Of a stretch of DNA of 64,000 bases, positions 41,690 to 55,734 are shown in pieces. Position 1 is the first letter of the stretch; every line of letters starts with the position of its first letter. The notes beneath the pieces were generated by a model that saw nothing but the letters and a program-made list of their open reading frames with translations, was not told where the DNA came from and made no database searches. Position numbers and translations under genes: made by a program. This DNA comes from Balanoglossus misakiensis (lineage: Eukaryota > Animalia > Hemichordata), in the NCBI GenBank assembly GCA_040954595.2, contig CM082578.2, positions 10,919,166 to 10,983,165 of the forward strand, written 5' to 3'.

Positions 41690-44600
41690 CTAAATAGGTC
41701 TTATTCCCACCAGCTTTCTGAATTGTTCGAAGAGGAAAAGGCTGATGACCGTGTGGGGGCCTATCCTCACCCAGTTGGGAATGAAACCTTTGTAAAGTCC
41801 CAGCGGTCCTTCCAACTTTAGTGTCTTGAAAAAACAGTCAAATGAGTTTTTGTATTTGTGTTCTCCTTTGGCGACTCCTGTTGGGAAAGAAAGAAAGAAA
41901 GAAAAAAAAAACAATCATTTTGCTCATTGTCAACAGGAACTACATTTATACCTGTCTACAGTGGACATATAATAGCGTCAGTGGCACTGGTCTCCCATTT
42001 TTGACCAATTACATGTCTGATGTATGCGTGCCTGACATGTTTGTATAGACTTCCACACTGAATGATTCCATTTATGCACATGGGTGTGTGTGTGGGGGGG
42101 GGGGGGGATGTGTGCAAAGATTTGTAGAACCTCTAGACGTACCTTTTATTTGTTGAGTCATAATCCTAGTTTTGACCACGTCAACCGGAGATGTCGTAAC
42201 TGCCGTCATGAAACCAGCAAAGACGGAACACACTACATGTAAGACTGGACCTTCCTTCATAAAGCCGGTGTTCAAAAGGAAATGTTTTGAGTGGTCGTAT
42301 GATGGAATCTAGAAAGAAAATGTCATGATGAGACAATTTAATTTGCAAACATATATTTTGAGCAAGTTCACATTTTCTCTATTTTGTTCTCTTTCCTCAC
42401 AGTTTTCATGCTATTTTATCATTTTTCTGTTTTTTGGACAACGTGCAAAATACAGACTGCCTGGATTAAGAGATGTATCATGTACACTGTGGACTCTTTG
42501 TATTTCTTTCTCACCTGAGTTGCTGTGAGAATGGCGGCTCTCTTGATGGTTGGACCGGCGCCGCGATAAAGTCCTCGCAGACCCTCATGCTGGAAGATGT
42601 CGGCAAACCCGTGGACGGTGTTCCTATAGCGACTCGTCTGACCCGGTTTCAGTTTCCCCTCGGCCTGCATACGGACTTTAATCAGGTCTGTCGGCGTGGC
42701 AATGGAACTCCCCACAGATCCTGATAAGTTTCAAAATAGACTATGACACGAAATTCACAGATGCTGCTCTAGAGGCTTGTGCATCTGTCTGACAGGTTGC
42801 AATATTTTCAGACTAAAGTTGGCACCAGGTAGCTAGGAATAAAGACTACATGTATATACATGTAGAAATAAAGTTGTTTTTTTTAGTTCACACAGTAGTA
42901 CCTGCTACCTGTTGTCTTTTGTGAATGAATATACGCCCTACAATGTTGGTCTTGTCACAGGATTGGAATACTGTCTATATTGCATTTGGTTTTGATCTTC
43001 GAACCCTTTCTTAAGCAATCCCTACGTGACGTCATAGGTCACTGGGGCCAAAGTTCAAAGGGCAAATACATCACATGTGTGCCTACATGTAGCCGGTTGC
43101 TCGTGATTACCTGACAGTGCTCCGGCCGTGATCTTCTTCCAGAGAACCGTGTTGGAGGGATCCGTTGCTCCAAGCCACACTTTGATTGGCTCGTACGCCC
43201 CCAGTCTAATTGTACTGTAGGTGCCTTCCCGAATCAGGGAAGGCGTTACTCTGATGCAAAAGAAATGTACGACACACATTCAATGAGTGAATCTCTCTTC
43301 TTAAGACTGTTTAATGAGATACACACTGTACCATAGGAGAATTTTAAATCAATTACCAAATATGCTAATTTTGCTTCGATCAGGAATTCACAAAAGCAAT
43401 GATGGTATAACAAACATTCCTACATGCAAAAGAAGGCAAATAAAACAGGGTCATTACGGACACCTCTCTAATCAGGACAGATTTTCTGGTCCCAGAGGTG
43501 TCCTTAATAGACAGGTTTCACTGTATATCCCTAATGGAAAACATTTTTTTCAACGGAAAACATGACCTACCCTTTGTAGAGGCCCCTAACACCTTCATCT
43601 TTGACGATGCGTATTCCTCCCTTGACGAATCCATCATAGTATCTGTTCCTCAAAAACTGAATGCCTTTCTGGGAGGCCAGCTCTCCTTCGAGCTGCATCC
43701 GAATTTTGATCACATCAATGGGATTCGTCACTGCAAATGGGATGGATGTGTCAGTGTTCCGAGTCAACGGGTTGAAAAGTACAAATGCAGCCATAACAGT
43801 TACGATGATGGGCACAAGCTCTTGATTTCATTTTGCATGTGCTCAGCAGTTGTCTGATTACCAGTGCCCGCGTCAAACGTATGGACTTCAGAGAGTGAAT
43901 TTAGGTGTACGACTGTAATTCAGACTTCCCCATTTTATGCAATTGGACACGTTTGTCAGGGCAAAATACATGTACTGCACAACATGGGATTGCCACTTCA
44001 AAACAGAGTCCCTGATGTATAACCAGCATGTTGAGTTAGTAATCAATAAGGCCAAAGGGTAGAGACTTTCTGCTAACACAGCGAGGTCAGGCTCCCATCC
44101 CAGACAGCTCAAAATAAAATCACAATTGACCCACAAACAAATCAAAGCGGACAGCACATTCTGAATGGGGGTTGGTCCTATCCACTCAAGTACGGGGATT
44201 ATTCAAACGTCCTGGCAGTTGGCTGGAAACCTGCACATTGTGACATTTCATTAAGACTTTACCCCGCATTAAATATTCTCCTAAAGTCCTCACAAAAATC
44301 AATGCCTGTTTACATGTGAGTAAACAGTGTCACTGCATGTGGCATCCTAGGGTATGTGCCCACTGAACTGCCCCAAACGCAGTATGTAGGTCAGGGCTGT
44401 CGAAGGTCAGGGGTTTTGCACTTGCAGCTTGAGCCAAAAATTCTAAAATGCACATATTTATTTTAATTCAAATATGGGAAAGGCTGTCATTGTCGATCTG
44501 GAACACTCCTTTTAACTGCAAATGCACAGTAAGTGTCTTGGCAAAATAACAAAAGCTTCATTGCATCATTCGACGTCTTGTTCAGAACACTGACCTCAGA

Positions 44601-45570
44601 CACATGCTGTCTGAGGTCACATATTCTGTGCGGGGATACTGTTACTCAACCATCCATTGGCCACAAAAAATGTATACGATTCCCCTCACAGATATGACCC
44701 CCCCCCCCCTTCTAAAAAAATTAGGAATCTGAATGCTGAAACAATCCATTTGCACCAACTATAGTTTTTTAAAGCTGTCAGCTGTGAATTTATCTCCTAC
44801 CAATATTTTCTTATCATTTTTTCGGAAGGTCTACTCTAAGAAATGGGGTCGTCCATCAATCATTCAATGTAACCTCAAACACAGTGCAGTGTAAGTAGAC
44901 TAGTTTACCAGGCTTGCATGTATGATGTAATTGACAGGTAACCACTGAAGGTCAAGTACATGTACTATACGACCATGATGAGAATTGAATGTTAAAAATG
45001 CTTGGCAAGTTTACGACCACTGGAGAGTCCGGCTTTGGCTGCGGCGTAGTCACAGCCGACAATAATGCCAACTCTGCGTGTCAGGGCTGTGGTCAGTGTG
45101 TGTCTTCGTAAGACGCACGGCCCTGTCAGGCAGAGCTCGGCAATAGCGCTATAGCACGGTCACTCCAGAGTGACCGTGGTTATACTTATAGCTAGCTAGC
45201 GGCTGTCGCTTCGATCGCGACTGCAGTGTAGACAGTGGCTGTCCTTCCGGCCACACAACGTGATCGCAAGTCGGCAAACTCTGATTACTCGTACCATAGT
45301 CTCCATATAGACCAACCACTTGTACTGCTCACGCAGCGGTCATACAACATGTCATATGCCAGTATATCACTCATCATGTGAAGTCGGACTTTCTGTTTTC
45401 TATTCAAGTCGCTTGAATTTCCAACCTGAACGCGGACCTTATCGGTATCCGAATAGCTCATATTACATGTACATACGGAAATGGCACGCACACTTACCAA
45501 AGGCGGCACACATGCAACTTGTACCGGCGAGAAAGAATCGGATCCCATCACTTTCATTGGAAGCAGCCAT
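41690..45570 (-). CDS. Mitochondrial carrier (SLC25), uncoupling-protein-like (UCP4/UCP5/KMCP1/ucpB type), 310 aa, 6 exons
   Basis: Exons 45570-45498 (MAASNESDGIRFFLAGTSCMCAAF), 43730-43571, 43250-43111, 42720-42515, 42308-42143, 41877-41690; all GT-AG and in frame (933 nt). Three carrier signatures PIDVIKIRMQ, PTDLIKVRMQ, PVDVVKTRIM, plus 'REGTYSTIRLGAYEPIK', 'RAAILTATQIPSYD' and 'YKGFIPNWVRIGPHT'. Confidence 0.93.
43457..43525. mobile_element. Probable MITE/DNA-transposon terminal fragment in intron 2 of the carrier gene
   Basis: Ends in ...ttaatagacAGGTTTCACTGTA (reverse complement TACAGTGAAACCT) with internal GGACACCTCT/AGAGGTGTCC dyads. This resembles TA-flanked Tc1/mariner-type MITE ends; no partner end was found. 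Confidence 0.4.
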
Positions 45571-46002
45571 CTTGAATCGTCTGACCTTTATGTCACCCCT
45601 GGTTAGCGAATAGCTGGCCTGGGTACGAGGTCACGGCGTCCCCACAAGGTAACGGCCGATTCAATTACATACAGCGGAGAACTCCATCGCCCTGGCCCAG
45701 GTGGAATGTCCGCATGGAAATAAGCTTAGGGTCAAAGTATAAACGCTATAAACGGTAAATCAACATAGACAGGATCTCGGACTTATGGGGGAGGGGCGTC
45801 CATAGAAGAGCTAGTCGCAATCACCGTACCCTGCCCGGACCCAAACATGGCCCTGGGTTCGGTAGTTGTATCCAGAAGTCCAAGTGAAATGTACACGTGT
45901 AATTTAGAGCTCCAGTTTACAAGTGGGTCGCGTTCAGCCCCTTTTCCTTTATTCTCTTGAAATCGCACACGAAAGACAACAAAAATGATATGTAAATATA
46001 AT

Positions 46003-46008
46003 TTTATT
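46003..46008 (-). terminator. Polyadenylation signal of prokineticin-like gene A
   Basis: AATAAA on the minus strand about 740 nt after the stop, followed by a GT-rich tract (ttttgttgtctttcgtgtg). Confidence 0.55.
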
Positions 46009-46749
46009 GATAGTATTCATATTTCATAAATATAGTAAATGTCAATACAGAAATGAGGCAACTTAACTTTCAGGACGATTTTCTCCAGCCGAGAGGATGT
46101 GTGCAAGAAAAGTTCGGACGTGGATTCTGAGAGGTGCGTATCATGAAATATATATCCATCCAACAAGAATGAAAAATCATTGGACTGTGTCCGACGTGTG
46201 AGCTGAAGTTTTGATAATTCACAAAACAGTTTTGTATGGCTATGATGGTCACAGTCATTATTTACAAATGAATCCACGTGCGGACTTGAATTAAGTTTTC
46301 AACAACAATAGTTTTTGATTTCACACATTTTGGTTGTGTCAGTACGTTACATAAATCCTGTCACTTTAGGTAGTATGATAAAATTGCTTTGGGGTTGAAC
46401 AAAAGACAAGATAGAGCAAAACAATGAAAGACGTCTTGGGGTGCCCAAAGTCAGGACTGGTCAGGACGTTGATGTTTATTCCAACAATATTGCTTTCAGT
46501 TCAAAGTGAAGGTTCAACGCCGGGCACAGTTCCACGGTCGACTGGATTCGATGCTGCATCATGCTCGATCTTCTTCAATTCAGCGGAGAAACGCTCCTAT
46601 ATGCAATCCAACAAGTAGCTGTGGAAACTGGCTTCAAGTTCAGCGCCTGGTTGTGTGTAGCGCCCCCATACGGTGAAGTGGTCAAAAGTAGTGTATTGGC
46701 AAATACTACGCGTTGTTGTAACTTAACGCTGGCCATCTCGTTCAGTTTG

Positions 46750-46983
46750 CTACAGACAATTCCCGATGGACGATCCGATGATTGTCGTTTCGCAGTACAA
46801 ACCCGGCATACACGGACAGAGGTGACCCTGTCGCTTGTATCCATACGGCCAGGGCGTGCTGTGGATGTTACACGGCCTGGTGAACGTTGCCAATGGTTTG
46901 CAGACGCGAAACGGCCCGAGAACGCTTCTCGCACAGCAAGCTCCCTTGTTTAAATTTTCACAGTCATAGTCCGATGAACACGT
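46750..46983 (-). CDS. Prokineticin-like precursor A, exon 2 (10-Cys prokineticin/colipase-fold domain); absent from the ORF track
   Basis: Acceptor tctcctctcttacag|ACG at 46983. Translation: TCSSDYDCENLNKGACCARSVLGPFRVCKPLATFTRPCNIHSTPWPYGYKRQGHLCPCMPGLYCETTIIGSSIGNCL-TAG. Ten Cys in the C-C-CC-C-C-CPC-C-C pattern; 'RVCKPL' and 'KRQGHLCPCMPGLYC' mirror prokineticin 'RMCTPL' and 'KRKHHTCPCLPNLLC'. Confidence 0.9.
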   Translation of the reverse strand, partial: TCSSDYDCENLNKGACCARSVLGPFRVCKPLATFTRPCNIHSTPWPYGYKRQGHLCPCMPGLYCETTIIGSSIGNCL

Positions 46984-49881
46984 CTGTAAGAGAGGAGACC
47001 AAAAAGATCATCATTTACAGTCGTTGATGCATATTTATGAAATAATTTATGTCTGAAAATGGGGTCACCACGGTCTTGATGGGCACGCAGACCGTGATTA
47101 AGGCAGCTTCCATTTAATATAAGTGAAAGCTCCCTCCAGTCGGTGATTTTGTTGCATCGGAACCATTTTCGCTTGTTCTATGCGACAAGATCGGCGAATT
47201 AGCACCTGGTTATCTGCGAGGTGTCGCTAATAGAATATTTGATTTCGCTTGTTTTCAAAGGGGTGTTGAACGTAAAAGAGGGGCAGGTGCAATCACCCAT
47301 AGACCCTCAAGAAAACACTTTCACGGAGGGCTAGGAACACACCCACAGTCACACCCACACAAAATACCCGATACACGTACACAAATGCCACTGGGCCACA
47401 CGCGCCCACAAGAACGTGCACGCACACACCGGTCGATTGCACACCAAACAGCTTACATCATTCACATTTACCCTGTGGAATAAACCACTTCCAAACCTTC
47501 ATTGTCACCAGCTAATAAAGCAATTATACATGGTGTCACTGACGCATCGACTTTTTAAACGTGTCTCGGATCCCCCAGTGTGAATTAGGCTATGTAATCC
47601 TTTGGCCAGTCTTGTGACCAGTTTCGAGAACATCTTGCTACGCGTATATAGATACAGAGACCCTTTCAGCGACTTGTAATCATAAAAATCAATCAGCACT
47701 AAAATGTCCCGGTAGACAGTGAGCAGCGACGCCGTGCGTTCGAGTACAGAGAGCTCGACGGTTTCAGAGGCGAGCAAAACGTGTGTTTCAAAAAAGGTCA
47801 CGAAAAAATCATGCAGGTTCGTTAACATGACTTCATACAAACGAATCGTTGACCTTGGCCGCCACTATTTCGGATACATTGCAAAAATTGTCAAGTGTAT
47901 GGGGGACAAATATACGGTACATGTCACCACATTGCGGTTCGACAATTTCCGTCATTCTGGATATCAGATGAATGTGCACCGGCCAGTAGCAAGAGGCGAT
48001 TATTTTAACTTAAGAAAGGGGGCAGCTATAGAAGATAATCCATTCCGGAGAAGGGATTGTCTTTTATGAATCCATTTTCTTCTTTCCTCTGCCTAGACTT
48101 TTTCAGTGTACTGGTCGTCTAAGAGGTTTCTCATCCCACGGTTAAAATCACGACCAACGGGTGCGTTTATCCATTATCGGATCATGTATGCATAAGTCCC
48201 TCTTTCACTGTGAATACAGGTGCGCCTAAAATGTTTCGGATTGCACACGACAAAATGTCATTCGTCTTGCCGACATCTCAGAAAAGATTTTTCATAACAA
48301 AGGTATTTCGGTCGAATTTCAACAAATCCTTCTGCGCGGGGGATCAGCGACGCACGGTACAATGTGCCGAGCCGAAAGCGAAGATCAACCTTCCGTCACC
48401 GTCCTTAGAAAATGCACCATACAGAGTTAAGTCGCGGCAAAACATAAAATCCATTTTACCGTTTGAATAATTAACTACATATCTATGTTTTGCGTCACAA
48501 TCGCATTTATTAAACCCCGAACTTATCGGTATTGCGAAGGCAGCTGTACTGTTTGCCGGATTCAAAGACACCAGAATGTATACTAGCGACCAGTATCCAA
48601 TCAGTCTACAACACACGACCAGAAGATATGCAAAACTGTCCGATCAAAAGATAAAGCTGAACATAACAGTAAAGAATGATCCGAAAAAGGGTGTTTGGCC
48701 AATGGTTAAAAAAATTCAGCTTCAAAATGCCGAGGTAGAAAAGAGCGTCTGCAATTATATTTCAATCGTTTGATTGATCAAACAAGACACATTTTTACAA
48801 CTCTATGGGGTTCTATGTGTAACTGTGTCGACTTCGCGCACTTCACATCTGCCTCTGCCGCAACAAACCGTCTCCCCTCCCTCCCTCCCTCCCTCTCTCG
48901 CGAGCCCGCGTAAAAATCGCCCCCGCTCTCACAAGGCCCTGTCCTTAATACCAGTTTGTTACCAGTTTGACGCAACAGTGATCATGCGTGGCTGGCAACA
49001 TGCGTCGGTTTGCATAATTGATATCTCTTGGAATAAATAATTCATGGTCGTACCTTCCGACCCCGGCAGTAAGATTAAACATACTAGTATCTTGCACATG
49101 CATATGGAGAAACAAAGAAATGTTTTCTTTCGCCCTAAAGTCTAACATATTCTTCATCTATTTCAAGTTGCATAAACTCTTAGTATTGGTTACCGAAATG
49201 GCGTAATTATAAATCTTTGTATGACATGCTTTTGGTGAACTTTAACCATCCATGAGATGTAATTTTGAGGTACCCTTTCCGTTCTTCATTTTGTGTATCT
49301 AGAGCAGTTTATTAATCATTCAAATCTCTGAGCCCCAATGAGATACTCAGTACTGGTCTTACGGACACAGTCTATATATGTAACGTCAGCCTTGTTATTG
49401 TTGAAAATCAACTTTCAAGTCCGGACTTGAATTCATTTGTCAAAAAATAACAATGGTCGTTACGCATATACAGGCTATTGCAAGCAGAACGCCATGTACT
49501 GTAAGGAGTCGAACAGCAAACTTAATTTTTTACAGAGCAAAATGATTGAAAGATATTTGAAAGTAACAGCCACTGTCCCTTTAAGCAAAGTTATGGATTA
49601 GCGAGGGACGTGACGATATAGCGAGCATTCACGTACTTCTGCACAACTCGGGAATATTCCTGGTCAGGAGTATCGGTGCTTATGCTTTCTTGAACGTTAA
49701 CGGCCCGAAAAGAATTAAAACATCAACCCATGTATAGTACGAAAGTTGACACATTGTTAGAGATTTCTAGTCAAACTTTGGGATATCTTTAGATCATTTA
49801 CCTTTGTTCTGATGCATGTGACGTTTCTAAGAATTGGGACATTTCCTATCTTATCGACCCATGTTTAGTTTTTTTCGTATA

Positions 49882-50006
<125 letters not shown>

Positions 50007-50074
50007 ATTGTTGGTAAAAGTTACAGTTTCCCAACGAAGTAAGTTGGTTTAGGCGGGAAAAAGCGGACACCTAC

Positions 50075-50290
50075 CACAAACTTGGGGAAACGCCTTTCAC
50101 GCTCCATTTCGTCAGTTGCACCCGACGTTTCGGCGAGAGGTTCTGCTGCGACGCTGTTGTAACCTTCCGCCAGGAAATTGGATAACATCACACAGCATAC
50201 CAACCAGCAGGCGAATAAATGCATGCCAACAATTCCGTTCCCGTGGATCAAAAAGGCTCTTCTCTGAATCTCGACTACCAGTCTGTTCAT
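50075..50290 (-). CDS. Prokineticin-like precursor A, exon 1 (signal peptide, acidic propeptide, RERR site, FPKFV)
   Basis: ATG at 50290 (GCCATG context) or at 50224 (MHLFACWLVCCVMLSNFLAEG, signal-like), then acidic YNSVAAEPLAETSGATDEME-RERR-FPKFV. Donor GTG|GTAGGT at 50075 is phase 0 and matches the phase-0 acceptor at 46983. Confidence 0.78.
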
Positions 50291-53200
50291 GGCCCGTGTT
50301 AATATCAAGGAAGACGGCGGCAGGTCGCGTATATGCTGCCGGGCAGTAGCACTACACAGTCAGCAATCTCCGAACTGTGTGAATGATACGTGATCTCTTT
50401 TTTTACCTTTAGGAGCAGCCACGGTCTTTCGTTACCTCAATCCCAATCACTTGGCCTCTCACGGTGTGCGGCAACTAAACCTGTTGACCAGACTCCCGAA
50501 CCCTTTTATCCTCTCCCCTTGTCACGTGGAGTACACGGACAGACCGAATATAGCCGTCGGTAAATTGTGTCCCATGAGGTGCCCTAACGTCGCCTCGCAT
50601 CGAGAGGGAGCGGCGAGAGTCGAGAAGTGTTTCGACGATTTCATTGCAAGGTGTCAAAATGTAATACTACCCTCGGGCATAATTCTTCCCCCGAGACAGC
50701 GATAGGTCAAATTTCGTTTTGTAAAATGACAAATAAAAAATTACATCGGGTTTAGTCTGGCTGCCCGTGTTAATAACGCTAGGCGTCAGAGTTTGAAATG
50801 TCGGCGGCCATCTTCCCTATACATATACACGAATTACTAGTGACAGTCCTGAAAAAATACCATGTAAGACAAGAAAATACAGTTTTCGTCCACTTTTTTC
50901 AAATCTCTGAAGTTTTCCTTCTCAAAAGAGTGGAAAGTGTCAATAGCAGAGCCCTTGTTTTGTTTAATTTCGCCATGCAAATGGTGCCATGTGCGAAGAC
51001 CGGACGACTCTCCCGTCCCAAATACGTAGCGGTATAGCCGAAATAATAGCAAGAAAACTAAGCGATTTAGAATAACAAGCCATAATTACTCGTCAACATC
51101 TCATTTTAGCATATTAAGGCGCATTATCCCATATTTCCAAAATAAGATTTTTAGCCAAATTATGACCAATTATGGCTTTAACAATAAAACGGATATAATG
51201 CATAACAAGCCACCGTTGACGTCGACCGTTGGCCAAGCGCCCACCTGTTGACCGGAAAATGTCAAACACTTCCGTTACATGAAACAATGAGCTTTAAGAT
51301 CAAGAAAGTGAAAGTAAAACAAAAAATGAAGAAAGGTACTAAACGGACACTGAACAGGGAGGTGAAGAACATACAGAAAATGGGAGAAGGAGGAAGAGAG
51401 GGAGGGAGGGAGGAAAGGAGAGAGAGAGACTTGAACAAACATGACAGATCCTAAAGATGCGTGTCATCTCGGTCATGTTGTATTGGAGGAAATGCCACAA
51501 ATTCGTGTGACTGTACTTGTGAAAATATAAATTGAGAGCGATTGTTGAGAAAAGGGAGGTTGTTGTTTTGATGACAGGAAGATGCCTATGTGGCGTGACC
51601 CACCATATTCTATTCCCCTGACTGCAGTCGAAAGATGCCCAAATACGGCAACTTCACAGCGATATGATTGCGTATTTTTTCCTAAACATTGCAACACATT
51701 CAATTAACTTGTGATCTTTAATTTTTGTAATATCCAGCTATGTACTCAGGGCAGTGTCCCGGTCTAACAGGGCAAGCCTAACTAAAGGCGAAACATACTA
51801 CGACGAATAAAGTATTGATGAAACCCCGCAGTGTGTAAGAGGATTAGCCTCCGCGTGTCTTCGACAGTATACGCAGACAACGATCTATTGGTCGTTTGGC
51901 ATTTCCCGTATAGGCCCTATTCGATAATCAACGAATCCAAGCGTAATTTTCTTGTATTTCAGGCCCCATTGTCACAGACAAGGGCGCATGTCTTACCCAT
52001 ATCTCTGTGTTTGTATGTGTGTGTGTGCATATTGTAGGTATATACTTTTTGGAATGACAAGAACCTAGCTACTAGAGTTGGCGTTGTTTGCATATGAAGA
52101 TTCCTACGTCTGAATTCTTATGGTGGTTGTCGATGGAGAGTAACGTGAAGCTTATCATGGCCATATTGGCTGATATGCACTGAATTACTTTGACAAATTC
52201 GATGAAACTGTCGGACATAATGTAGCAGATTATTGTCAAAATAAATGATTGAAATTTCCATCAAACATATATATCTGCTACTGGATGATAGCATCATATT
52301 GGAAGCACAAAGGAAACCGCACCGTGGATCATACCAAGCTGATCTCCGAAAATCACGTTCACGGCTTCCCCTCTCTCTCTCTGGTGACACGTTGGAATGC
52401 AATTTCGTCGCTCGCGGATAATTTTGACAGTTGGCAATTTATCTCCAAACGCATTCACCCGTGTTCGCTAAGTAGAGACCGACTGGTTACGACGGCCAGG
52501 GGAGCAGTTTCCAGCGACCAGCGCTCGACCGAGGGTCATCGAAGAAAGCGATTACTGAATACCGGTGCTGCTGTTTGGGGAAAACGGTTTGTCTTAATCC
52601 CCCCCCCCCCTTCGCCTGTGTTTCCCATACCGACACAAAGCTCCAGGCCTACGCTTATTTGCCATACAGTCTGTGCAAAGAAAGCGATCACAGTTGACGA
52701 TAAGTGCATCGTTACATGCATGCTTTTTTCCGAGTCGAAATTCCGGATCGACCCAGTCCGTCCCAGCTGCGCTGGCATAGTGTCAGTAATACTTCACCAG
52801 CGAGCACAAAACCGTCATACATTTTGAAGTTTTCACTCTTCGCGAAACAAACTTGAAACTGACCGCATGTAGCCGCCTGCAAAGATGGGCGCACCCTGAT
52901 TTTTCCCCTTGACCATTGGGTTCAAGTGAAATGGGATCCGGGTTGAGAAAAAATATTTCGGTAGGGCACCACCGCCACCCATAGGTAAAAGAGATTACTC
53001 ATTACACGTGTATGGTATGTTGGTCTCCCTTCTCATTTATTACAGATTCCTTCTGAGTGTCTTGGAAGCGAAAGTTATTCATTCATGCACTGAAAAACTG
53101 TGGCAGATTGCTTGATTTCTTGGTACAGCTGATGAGATATTCTACCACCGGAAACTGTGACCGGAAATTGCTGAAGCGACACTCTCATTTTCCGTGATGT

Positions 53201-55734
53201 CATATTTGAATCCGGGTACTGAATACTCTCGGTGTTTTTGCCGGCGACCCCGAAACAATTTCTTGAAATAGATGAAGGGATATTTCCGCTGGAATTTGTC
53301 TTGCTTTTATATTGATCTCCCCACTTGGCAAATGTTGGGTTGCGGTCTGTGACGTGGACGTTTAAAGGTATAATGTTACCTGTGTAAATATAGCTACAGT
53401 CGCCATGACAATTTGAGATCTAGCCATGCAGTGACAGGTGTGCGAGGGATAATGGCCACGCAAACATGTTGGAGATTTTGGCATGGTAAATACAAGGTGA
53501 TTGTACGCCTTTAATCATGCCATCACCTGTGTCTCGTCTGACAAGCGTCACATCTAAATTCCCTTCGAGGTTCGTGTGCCCCCGCCAGAAATACGATAGC
53601 GATCGTTCCGTGTTCTCTATAAATAACACGTACGCGCAATGAGAAGTCTATTCTCGGAAGTTAACGTTGGCAGCATGATTTTGAGGGGATCTGACAGTGG
53701 TGACCATGGTCCATTCGAAACCTGCGGAGGTTCCACACACAAACAGACAGAGTCACAGAAAATTTAAAATTTGTCCATAATGTCAGTATTTAATAACTTT
53801 GTTCAAAGCCTTTCAAGAAAGTATATTACACCTTGGAAACGTGAGTTTAACAAGAATATATATATCTGTATTTTTCCTCTGAAATTATTGATATACACAG
53901 AGTTTCACTGGTTTAAACATGTTGATATGTGACCAGAGTTGATGGAAAACATCGACGTGTGTCTGTCGATGCATGTTTGTCGGCACCACGGCACAGCTGA
54001 GTAGCAGCACTTCTAAAAACACATCGACAGACTATCGGTTTGGTCAAAGGCAAGATGGAAATGAAGAAGTGTCTTCCGTGGTTTTCCATGAGAATGATAA
54101 AAGATACATGGCTAATTTCAATAAATTATTATAATAAATTATTATAAAAACAACAACGTAAATATACACCTGCAGCAAAATATACACATTTCAGACTTTT
54201 AGCACAACGCTATGAAAGTGTGGATTCCAAAATCCCTCCATTGTCACGCGAACGTCGCACACGACAAAATTTCTCTGATGACGAAATGACAAGATTGATG
54301 AGGGAAAAGAAATTTCCACGGAATTGAACCTTGCGTCATGCTCGTCCCAAGACTCGGATTGTCTCGGGTAATTGTGGAACACAGTTTCCCTTCCCAGTGT
54401 CTGTTTCCTCAAAGGGGGATAATATCTGTGCAATTATTACAATTGTGTCCCTTTGGTCACGGTGACAAAAAGGGGTTGGGACCTGCTCGTGTGATTTCTA
54501 AAGATGACGTCACCCAAGCCTTGTGTTGTTGAGGAAAGATGAACACAAGGCAGAACGAATAAATGATATGGTGAATTGGCAGTGTCGGTAAAAATAAGGA
54601 GTTTTTATGTCGCTGGGTTGAGGAGGATTTCTGTGATAGTGGAAGGAATGGTTCTTTACATAACGGATTTCTCTCCCGTGGGACATGATGACGTCATGAT
54701 GACTGACAACGATATCGATACTACACGTTCGGAAACAACAAGTAAACGTACGTGGCATTGGACGGCACATGGCATGACATGGGTTTAGAAGATCTCTCCA
54801 TAATTTGCCCTCCCCCGCGGTATCCCCGCAAAACAAACAGCACTGACGAAAAACCGTGCGAAGAATCGTCATAGATCTCATGACGATACATGTGTCCGCA
54901 CCACGACATTGCTGTCTAGGGCGACACTTTCGTAATTATTAGGGGAGGAAACAAATCTACATGTTCTCAGGATGAAGGCGCCACGCCGCCAATGACGGCA
55001 AATTATCCCGGGGCTGTTCAGATTCTTTAAAACCCCATCCACGAGTTTTACATATTACAAGAAAATCCCAAACGGGAGAACTTGACCCCTACATGACCTT
55101 ACATCCTCGTACTTCTGTCGACCAGTGTGGATCCATCAAGCAACATTTTTACAAGTTTCTTGTCCCAAATATTTCAACTTTGACAACCCCATGCCAACGG
55201 AAGTATGAGGTTGTAGGGTCACATAGGGGCCGTGAAAGGGACCTACTACTGTAGATATTTTAAGGTGGGATGGATGTTTGTCACTGAAAACGCCAGCGAC
55301 ATTTGATTCCTTCGAATAAATTAATAAATAAATAAATTATAAATAAATATATCATGGCATGAAAAGTTTTTTTTCCAGGATACTCTTGTGTGTGACTTAT
55401 CGACGAGGTCAAGTTCTGTCATGATTGAAGCAGAGCGGGTGTTTTTGGAGTGACCGTACAATGTCCGTTGTCAATCGTTCGTCCGCTCATGTGGACAAGC
55501 TTTTTGCCCACTGCTTCGAAATCACCTGATTATCTGTCCGACGGTGCAACGCGTGGACACGCAACAGTGCAAGTCTGGCGAACATTTACTCAGCGATAGC
55601 AGACAGTTTCAAGAATTTGTCCCACACACACACACGTGTTCAACCGCTGCCACCGTCACCTTTCTGCAGTCGTTGGGTCGTCGAGTAAACGGCCGACTGC
55701 AACAGCCCGCCGATAGCTCCCCCCGCCGCACGTG

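Noticed and set aside
41300-49584. TTAAAGGGACA ... TGTCCCTTTAA as the ends of one 8.3 kb transposon
   Set aside because: The interval contains intact host exons and no transposase; more likely ends of two independent small elements.
50021-50308. Single-exon neuropeptide precursor reading (…RERR-FPKFVVGVRFFPPKPTYFV-GKL)
   Set aside because: A good phase-0 donor at 50075 joins the prokineticin exon, which explains the sequence better. An intron-retained form cannot be excluded without RNA data.
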